A stretch of DNA of 60,419 bases, the filler included. It is 7 parts of 7 records of this genome, joined end to end, with 100 filler letters (N's around TTAATTAATTAA, not from the genome) between each part and the next. Parts side by side here need not be neighbours in the genome. Positions count along the whole stretch, not along the records: positions 45,099 to 53,545 come from SRR31147125_18687; positions 53,646 to 60,419 come from SRR31147125_18720; 5 more parts are not named here. One strand, written 5' to 3'. The translations under genes and the position numbers were made by a program. Below, piece by piece: positions 52,436-60,419 of this stretch. Within the stretch, counting starts at the first letter, position 1; every line of letters starts with the position of its first letter. The notes under the pieces are model-generated. The model saw nothing but the letters and a program-made list of their open reading frames with translations. It was not told the DNA's origin and did no database searches.

Positions 52436-53354
52436 ATTCAAAAGTCTGTGTAGACCCCCCTGACCAGATCTAGATTAAAGCTTTTCTGATCTTTAAGGTT
52501 ATTAAATATATCAAATCCGCGCTTAACATCCAATTCAATTCCATTAATTCTCGAAAGGACATCCCCCTCTTCAATCCAAGTTTTGAAAAGACAGAACCAG
52601 GTTTGACAGAGAGAACTTTTAGGCCATTCACACGACCATCCTTGAAGTTTGGAACAGCGCGAATCTCAGTGTAGAGCTTGTCGAGATTAGTCAGGGCATT
52701 GTCAATCTCTCTTTGATCAATTAGAAATTTGCCCTCTTCCTGCTTAACAACAGACTCTGGACCCTTTTTGACCTCTTTTGAGGCAACTTTTCCAGTTTTA
52801 TCGCTTGGCGGGCCAAATATTGAAGTAACACCCTCTTCATACAACTCCGCATATTCCAAACGCCCTTTATTGACGAATTCTATTCTGTCAGGCTTTATCT
52901 GAACGAGAGTTACGCCAGGAGAAAATGTTTTATCTCCTTTAACGGCATAGACGTCTACATCTCGCTTCCCCATACCAACTGTAGCGCTGGAACGTTTATC
53001 TTTTCCCTCACCAATCACCAGAACTGCAAAAACCTTTACAGGAAGAGAGGTCTTAACTGCGTCTTTGCCAGGCACATACTTCACCTCTTTTTTCGTATCA
53101 GTTTGCGCTAGATCAACTGGTGGGGCCTCACTTGAATCGAAAATGTTTCGGTCTATGATTATTTTGAAATCTGAACGTGTCTTCTTATCTCTGACGGGAT
53201 CGAGCTTTCCTGTGCTTTTGAGAACACCAATGGATTTATGAACTTCGAGGGCCTTACCAACGTAGACGTTGATAATCTTTGCAGCAAAGTAGCTACAAAA
53301 GAGGATAACTATAAGATTAGCTATCCATAGGTATTGTTTTAAAAGCCCCCCCAT
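52422..53354 (-). CDS. gspC: Type II secretion GspC with C-terminal PDZ; indels at C-runs 52563-52567 and 52455-52460
   Basis: N-terminal TM, IIDRNIFDS, RAVPNFKDG..GLK..VKPGSVFSKLGLKRG; the corrected frame reads DVLSRINGIEL...LDLVRG.STQTFEYEIR*. Confidence 0.85.
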
Positions 53355-53501
53355 ATTTCCGCCCCAGTAACAACATTAGACGACATATATCTGCCCGTTT
53401 TTTAGGCAAACCTCGCCATTTGCAATTTTGGATTTTAGCATAATTTGACGAAATAGCAAGAATTTCTAGGTATTTATCCGGGTTTTGTAGGCAAAATAAA
53501 T

Positions 53502-53545
53502 AAAGGTGACGGAGCAAAAATGGTCTATTTTGCTCCGTCACCTTT
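53502..53545. terminator. Terminator-like hairpin
   Basis: AAAGGTGACGGAGCAAAA...TTTTGCTCCGTCACCTTT perfect inverted repeat. Confidence 0.7.
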
Positions 53546-53645
53546 NNNNNNNNNNNNNNNNNNNNNNNNNNNNNNNNNNNNNNNNNNNNTTAATTAATTA
53601 ANNNNNNNNNNNNNNNNNNNNNNNNNNNNNNNNNNNNNNNNNNNN
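53546..53645. other. Artificial contig spacer
   Basis: N44-TTAATTAATTAA-N44. Confidence 0.98.
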
Positions 53646-54240
53646 CGTAGCATTTACCGTTGGCAACGGCAATAAGCAGTACGGTACGGCGGAAAGTTTT
53701 GCCGTTTGCGGTAATATCGATGGTGGCGTTTTTATAACCGAAAAGCGATAATACGATGCCGAAGAAGTACGCCATTCCGCCGGTAAACAAACTGCGAACG
53801 CGCTGTGTGTTTTTGATGACGTCCACGTCAAAGCCGGTGCCCGTAACGTTGAGAAAACATTTGGTGTCGTTAAACAAACCGATATCGATACTGCGGCTGT
53901 GCCCCGCAAAAACGACATCAAGCGCTTTGACGGGATCTTTGGGAACGCCGACACAGCGCCGAAAGTCATTTCCCGTCCCTGCTGGAACAAAGCCGAGTAT
54001 CTCGTCTGTATCGTACAGCGCTTCGGAAACTTCAAGCAGCGTACCGTCGCCACCCACGGAAATGATGCCGTTATAGCCCTTGCCAACCGCGGCGGCAGCG
54101 AGCGTTTGCGCGTGTCCTTTATATTCTGTATAGTCAATGGTATATTGTTTGCCCTGTGCTGCAAACTCACGCTCTACTTGATGCAGTGTTTTATGAGACC
54201 GGCCTGCGCCGGCAGTGGGGTTAAAAATAATATAATACAT
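53646..54240 (-). CDS. Diacylglycerol/lipid kinase family (YegS/DagK-like), 3' truncated
   Basis: IIFNPTAG, VGGDGTLLEV, PAGTGNDF, GTGFD. Confidence 0.92.
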
Positions 54241-54464
54241 ATAATCTCCAGTTGTAGATTTTTTGGTCTGTCAGGGGTATGCGTTTGTCAGGTGTTATCA
54301 ACAATTTTACTAAATTAAACGCATTTTGTATACAGCAAAATATGCTTGCCGTATTTGTAATTTTTAATTTTGTTTTGTAAGCATATCACAGTAATGTCTG
54401 GTATAATGGGATATATTTATAACATAGAAGTCGATGTGATGGAAGCATTAGATTTAGAGCCGTA

Positions 54465-54704
54465 ATGATTACAGTATTGCTTACCTTTTTTGCCTTGCAT
54501 TTTGCATGCATTTCGATGATATTCAGCGGCATGGAAAGTAACGAGAACAATAAAAGGCTTCAGATCAGCAAACTGCACGGGTTGAAAAAACATGTGAACA
54601 AGATCAAAATCATCGGTGGAATTATATTCATCATGGGTGTGTGTACGGACAGCCTGCTTCTTCTCGGACAGCAGGAAAACAAAAGAAGGAGTTGGATAAT
54701 ATGA
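54465..54704 (+). pseudogene. Possible remnant of the 3' end of a cytochrome c biogenesis CcdA gene
   Basis: KLHGLKKHVNKIKIIGGIIFIMGV resembles the last CcdA helix; abuts a TlpA gene. Confidence 0.45.
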
Positions 54705-55237
54705 AAAGAACGATGATGATAGCATTTTTAATTGTAATGTTAATTGCACTGCTTGTGGGTTGTGCGACTTCAGGTGATGCGACACAGTCGGCGGACGGAT
54801 TAGATGACGCAAGCATGCAATATGCGTTTGAGTTTAAAGATTTAAACGGTAAAACACATAAGCTGTCCGACTATGCGGGAAAGCCGGTGTATTTAAAGGT
54901 ATGGGCATCATGGTGCAGCGTATGCGTATCGTCGCTGCCCGATACGGATGAAATGTCGCAGTCGGTAGAAGACTACTATGTACTGACGGTGATTATGCCG
55001 GAGCAATCGGGCGAGAAAACACTCGAGGAGTTTAAGGAATGGTATGCGGAACTGGGGTATGATAACATCACCGTGCTTGTTGATGAGGACGGGCAGATAT
55101 TGACTGACTTTGGTATTCAGGCGTTTCCATCTCAAATATACTTCGATGCTGAAGGCAATTTCGCAGGAGGCAGCATCGGTCAGATAACAAAAGACCAGAT
55201 CGATGCGGAGATGGCAGACATCGCGGGTGAGGAATAA
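54701..55237 (+). CDS. TlpA/ResA-like thioredoxin lipoprotein
   Basis: RBS AAGGAG, lipobox LLVGC, GKPVYLKVWASWCSVC, IQAFPS. Confidence 0.92.
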   Translation: MKRTMMIAFLIVMLIALLVGCATSGDATQSADGLDDASMQYAFEFKDLNGKTHKLSDYAGKPVYLKVWASWCSVCVSSLPDTDEMSQSVEDYYVLTVIMPEQSGEKTLEEFKEWYAELGYDNITVLVDEDGQILTDFGIQAFPSQIYFDAEGNFAGGSIGQITKDQIDAEMADIAGEE

Positions 55238-55476
55238 AGCTAACCAAAATATTCACCTCAATAACGTTCTGTCAGCGAGGACGTCAGAACAAGCCGCCGG
55301 GAATACACTGGCGTAAGATTGTTGTTACATAATGGTTCTAATACCATATTTGAACATGAGCGACGTATGTATTGTGCGTTGATGATTATGGATAATCGAT
55401 GGTATAATACTGTTATCAAATACCCCATTGACGCTTAAGTCAGCGGGGATTTCGGAAAAGAACAGACGGTGCACAA

Positions 55477-56571
55477 ATGAGATACAAATACTTCATGGTG
55501 GTATGCATTCTCTTGTTAATTGTTTTGTTGGCGGCAGGCTGCACGACTGCGCTTGCACCAGACGATACATCGGCTGAGGATGCATCGATACTGACGCCAA
55601 AGACGACAACGGAAACGATGCCGTCTTTGGAAGCGGTGCTAACACAAACGCCGGAACTCACAACGATACAAACTACAGCGCCCGACGATTCGTTAGTGCA
55701 ATCTGCGCCGTCTGCGAGCGTATCGCAGGACATGACGCATGATGAGACGGATATTCCAAGCGATGCATCGCCATCCGCTGCTGCGGGCGCTGAGCAAGCG
55801 TACGAGGAAGGCAGCGTGGTTATACGCCCGGGGGACACACTGGCGCTGCACATCATCCCGCAGCTTTGTGATGTGTTTGCCATGAGCGCTGAAGATGTCA
55901 AAAGCGTGCTCGCGGCATGCAAAGACAGTGAGCTTATTCACGATACGCTAACGGATTATCGGCGTATGGAAGGCGTTGTACCACCCGGCACGTATTCGAT
56001 TACGACCGAAGATACGCTGGAAGAGACGGTCAGCGCATGGATTGATGCGGCCGAGGCGCGATACGCCCGCATCGCTGGTTCTTGTGTTAGCCCGAACGAT
56101 CTTTCTGCGTGGGAACGGAGCTCTCTCGCTGCTGTCGTAGAATGGGAATGTTTGCCAAATGAATATTATTACGAAACTGCGGCGGTATTTCTAAACCGTT
56201 TGGCGCGTGGAAGCAAGCTTCAAAGCTGTGTAACCACAGAATACGCGCTTGGGTTTACGCGTCCGTATCTGACGAGCAATGACATTAAGATACAAAGCAG
56301 CTACAACACGTATGTTGTAGCCGGAGTTCCGATAGGACCCATCTGTGTGTTCGAAGATGCGAGCCTCTCTGCTGCGACTGCTCAGTCGGTGTACCCAAGC
56401 CTTTATTATTTCTTCAATGACTATGCGCTGCAAAACATGCAATTCTTTTCGGACTACGATTCTTTTAAGGCGGCGGCGAATGTTTCGCGCGATTTATACA
56501 ACGCCACATTCGATGTTGACCCATACGAGAAGCTGACTGACAAAAAAACAACGTTTGGCTATTCATATTGA
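55477..56571 (+). CDS. mltG: MltG/YceG-like endolytic transglycosylase, lipoprotein form
   Basis: Lipobox LAAGC, Thr/Ser-rich linker, MEGVVPPGTY, LAAVVEWE, VFLNRL, LQSCVT, SSYNTY, GVPIGPI, YYF. Confidence 0.75.
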   Translation: MRYKYFMVVCILLLIVLLAAGCTTALAPDDTSAEDASILTPKTTTETMPSLEAVLTQTPELTTIQTTAPDDSLVQSAPSASVSQDMTHDETDIPSDASPSAAAGAEQAYEEGSVVIRPGDTLALHIIPQLCDVFAMSAEDVKSVLAACKDSELIHDTLTDYRRMEGVVPPGTYSITTEDTLEETVSAWIDAAEARYARIAGSCVSPNDLSAWERSSLAAVVEWECLPNEYYYETAAVFLNRLARGSKLQSCVTTEYALGFTRPYLTSNDIKIQSSYNTYVVAGVPIGPICVFEDASLSAATAQSVYPSLYYFFNDYALQNMQFFSDYDSFKAAANVSRDLYNATFDVDPYEKLTDKKTTFGYSY

Positions 56572-56762
56572 TTGATTGTCTTGAATTCGTTGCCTGAGCT
56601 GTTGTATTTATGTTATAATTCCGTAGATATATATATGGTTTTTATAAAGAAATAGTTGTAAAAAAATAAAAATAGATTTCGGGTTGTCACATGTTCTGGT
56701 AAATGTAAAAGTAATAATGACAACAGTAATAAAGATAAAAGCAATGCAAAGGATTCGGTGAT

Positions 56763-59006
56763 TTGACCAAAAAAAGGAAAGGCCTAAAATCATACGTTAT
56801 ACTAACAATTTGCCTTACGATCATCGCACATATTGTCAATGTGTCTTTTTTATCTGCGTACATTAGTCAAATGCATTATGATGCCAATGAGCGTGTGGAT
56901 GATTATCTTTGGTTGTCTGCTGAAATTGTGCATCAGGGATTGTCAGTGGATGAAACGGATATCGAGAGCGAAAAGGATATTGAGAGCATTTGCACAGATT
57001 ACGGCCTTTCGGGAGCGTGGACAGTAGCCTATTCTAATGATAACATGTCATATCAAACATTAAACCGCTCCGTACAGCTTCAAGCGCACGACAGCAGTGC
57101 CGCGCCTGAGAACATTGATCAGACCACCTATTTAGACGTATTGAACAACATGCAGCCTAAATATTATTCTATTGCGGGAGAAACAGGGACCAATCGTATT
57201 TTACTTGTGCCGTTTTCCTCGTCAGACGACAACGCATATATTATTGGTGTCAGCAAGCCGGCAATTTCGTTTATATCGATTATTAATTCAAGAAAAACAT
57301 TGATTATTGTGCTGTTCATATTATCGTTCGTGCTTACGTTCTTGATCGCGAGCATTATGGCGCGTATGATGTCCCGCCCGATTCGCCGCCTGGCGTACGC
57401 TATGAAGAATATGAAAAATGGGGAGTACGGTGAGATTACGACGGATTGCGGATCATTCGAGCTGCGGCAGCTTTCAAAGCATTTTAACCAGATGGGTGCG
57501 TCTATCAAAAAGCATGTTGATTATATCGACAGGATGCGCCAGCGTTATAAGATTACGCTCGAATCAATCGCGGATGGCGTGATCACCACGGACAAGGAGG
57601 GGCGTATTCACCATATCAATGCGGAAGCACAACGGATGACGGGCTGGTCGAAGAAAGAGGCTGTGGGTAAAGATTTTCACGAAGTATTTGCTATTGAAAA
57701 CGAAGAAACGGGCGTAAAAATGCAAAGCCCGATTGACCGTGTATTGAGTGAAGGGAAAAAGGTCGACCTTGCGGCAGATTCCGTACTGATTTCGAAGACT
57801 GGGCAACGCCGAAGCATTGCGGACAGAGCCGCGCCCATCAAGGACGAAAACGGAGATATCATGGGCGTTGTGCTTGTGTTCCGTGACAACACTCAGGAAA
57901 AGAAGCATCTGAGCGAGGTCACATACTTAAGCCGGTATGACCAACTGACCGGCTTATATAACCGCTATGCGTTTGAAGAAATGAAAACTGCTTTGTTTAT
58001 CGAAGACAACATGCCGATGTCGATTATGGTTGGCGATATCAATGGCTTAAAGCTCGTAAATGATGTTTTTGGGCACGCACATGGTGACAGGGTGCTTGTT
58101 CACGTTACACAGATTCTTAAAATGCATTTTCGACAATCGGATATTTTGGCGCGCTGGGGCGGCGACGAATTCGTTGCATTGCTGTCAAATACAACCGATG
58201 CGGAGTGTGAAACGATTTGTGATGAGATACAAGGATCTCTTAAGCAGACTACAGACATACAGGTGATGCCGAACATTTCTTTTGGATACGCCACCTTGAG
58301 CAGCTGTAAGCAGGACATCAACAGTGTGCATAAAACAGCGGAAGAAATGATGTATCGCCATAAGCTTCAGGAAAATAAAAGCGTTCGAAACGGCATCATC
58401 CAGTCGCTCGAGAACGCGTTGATCGCAAAGGATTACCAAACAGAGCGGCACGCGCTCGAAATGAAAGCGATTATTGAGAAATACGCTAAGCATACAAATA
58501 TGAGCACGCACATGGTGGATCAATTAACGCTGCTGGCGCGTTTGCACGACATCGGCAAGATTGGGATCGATGACGCTATATTGTTTAAACCGGGAAAGCT
58601 CAATGAAAAGGAATGGAAGATTATCAAAACGCATCCGGAAGTTGGCTTTCGCATCGCCAAATCGATTAACGCGCTGCTGCATATTTCGGATGGGATATTG
58701 TTTCATCATGAACGCTGGGATGGCAGCGGCTACCCGCGTGGGTTAAAAGGCGAGGAAATCCCGCTATCCGCTCGGTTTATCAGCGTGATTGACAGCTTTG
58801 AGGCGATGGTCGCGAAGCGCCCGTATAAAAATGAGATGCCTGTAGAAGACGCACTGGCAGAAATTGAGCGCTGTGCGGGTACGCAGTTTGATCCGAGTAT
58901 TGCAGCGACGTTTGTGAAAATTATGCGTAGCAGCGACGACTGTATGCTTTGCGATCAAAACAGTGACCAAAACATTGTGGTTGACGACGTGCAAAATATT
59001 TGTTAA
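56763..59006 (+). CDS. Membrane HAMP-PAS-GGDEF-HD-GYP c-di-GMP turnover protein
   Basis: SIADGVITTD PAS, DQLTGLYNR, RWGGDEF, LHDIGK, HHERWDGSGYP. Confidence 0.93.
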   Translation: MTKKRKGLKSYVILTICLTIIAHIVNVSFLSAYISQMHYDANERVDDYLWLSAEIVHQGLSVDETDIESEKDIESICTDYGLSGAWTVAYSNDNMSYQTLNRSVQLQAHDSSAAPENIDQTTYLDVLNNMQPKYYSIAGETGTNRILLVPFSSSDDNAYIIGVSKPAISFISIINSRKTLIIVLFILSFVLTFLIASIMARMMSRPIRRLAYAMKNMKNGEYGEITTDCGSFELRQLSKHFNQMGASIKKHVDYIDRMRQRYKITLESIADGVITTDKEGRIHHINAEAQRMTGWSKKEAVGKDFHEVFAIENEETGVKMQSPIDRVLSEGKKVDLAADSVLISKTGQRRSIADRAAPIKDENGDIMGVVLVFRDNTQEKKHLSEVTYLSRYDQLTGLYNRYAFEEMKTALFIEDNMPMSIMVGDINGLKLVNDVFGHAHGDRVLVHVTQILKMHFRQSDILARWGGDEFVALLSNTTDAECETICDEIQGSLKQTTDIQVMPNISFGYATLSSCKQDINSVHKTAEEMMYRHKLQENKSVRNGIIQSLENALIAKDYQTERHALEMKAIIEKYAKHTNMSTHMVDQLTLLARLHDIGKIGIDDAILFKPGKLNEKEWKIIKTHPEVGFRIAKSINALLHISDGILFHHERWDGSGYPRGLKGEEIPLSARFISVIDSFEAMVAKRPYKNEMPVEDALAEIERCAGTQFDPSIAATFVKIMRSSDDCMLCDQNSDQNIVVDDVQNIC

Positions 59007-60419
<1,413 letters not shown>

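Noticed and set aside
55266-55448. Hairpins upstream of mltG (55266-55290, 55295-55313, 55423-55448) as a riboswitch or ribozyme
   Set aside because: No match to conserved cores I know (c-di-AMP, c-di-GMP, ZTP, hammerhead, twister); an Rfam scan would be needed.

Overview
This is not one locus. It is seven unrelated contigs joined by an identical artificial 100-bp spacer (N44-TTAATTAATTAA-N44). Taxon guesses below are inferred from gene content and composition only. (1) 1-5603: uvrB (partial), a GHL10 glycoside-hydrolase-like multidomain protein, and a universal stress protein. (2) 5704-11278, Bacteroidota-like: spondin lipoprotein with an OmpR-type two-component system, ppa, an IS200-like/RAYT tnpA amid REP-like palindromes, and a BlaR1(M56)-GldM_C fusion. 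(3) 11379-24630, Desulfobacterota-like: hybrid kinases, an integron (attI, three cassettes with attC sites, internally deleted intI), YbaK, ABC-F, a MITE-like element, a double-rubredoxin membrane protein, and aspC. (4) 24731-33833, Bacteroidota-like: HYR protein, PorP/SprF, dipeptidase, DUF3810, MBL hydrolase, RACo-like ASKHA protein, rlmN. (5) 33934-44998, Desulfobacteraceae-like: MCP, TPR protein, glucosylglycerate gpgP-gpgS-phosphorylase cluster, methyltransferase, diguanylate cyclase, GntR, and a racemase plus sulfo-lyase-like pair. (6) 45099-53545: type II secretion gspC-D-E-F-G-H. (7) 53646-60419, Clostridia-like: lipid kinase, TlpA, MltG-like lipoprotein, GGDEF/HD-GYP protein, purA, and the 5' end of large SRP RNA. 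Many genes are broken at homopolymer runs, most likely through sequencing error. The strongest candidate for a novel system is the apparently frozen integron. Its cassettes encode an OGG-like HhH DNA glycosylase and a PD-(D/E)xK-like nuclease, and the attC between them has a mutated core, making this a putative anti-phage module. All functional calls come from motif recognition without database searches.
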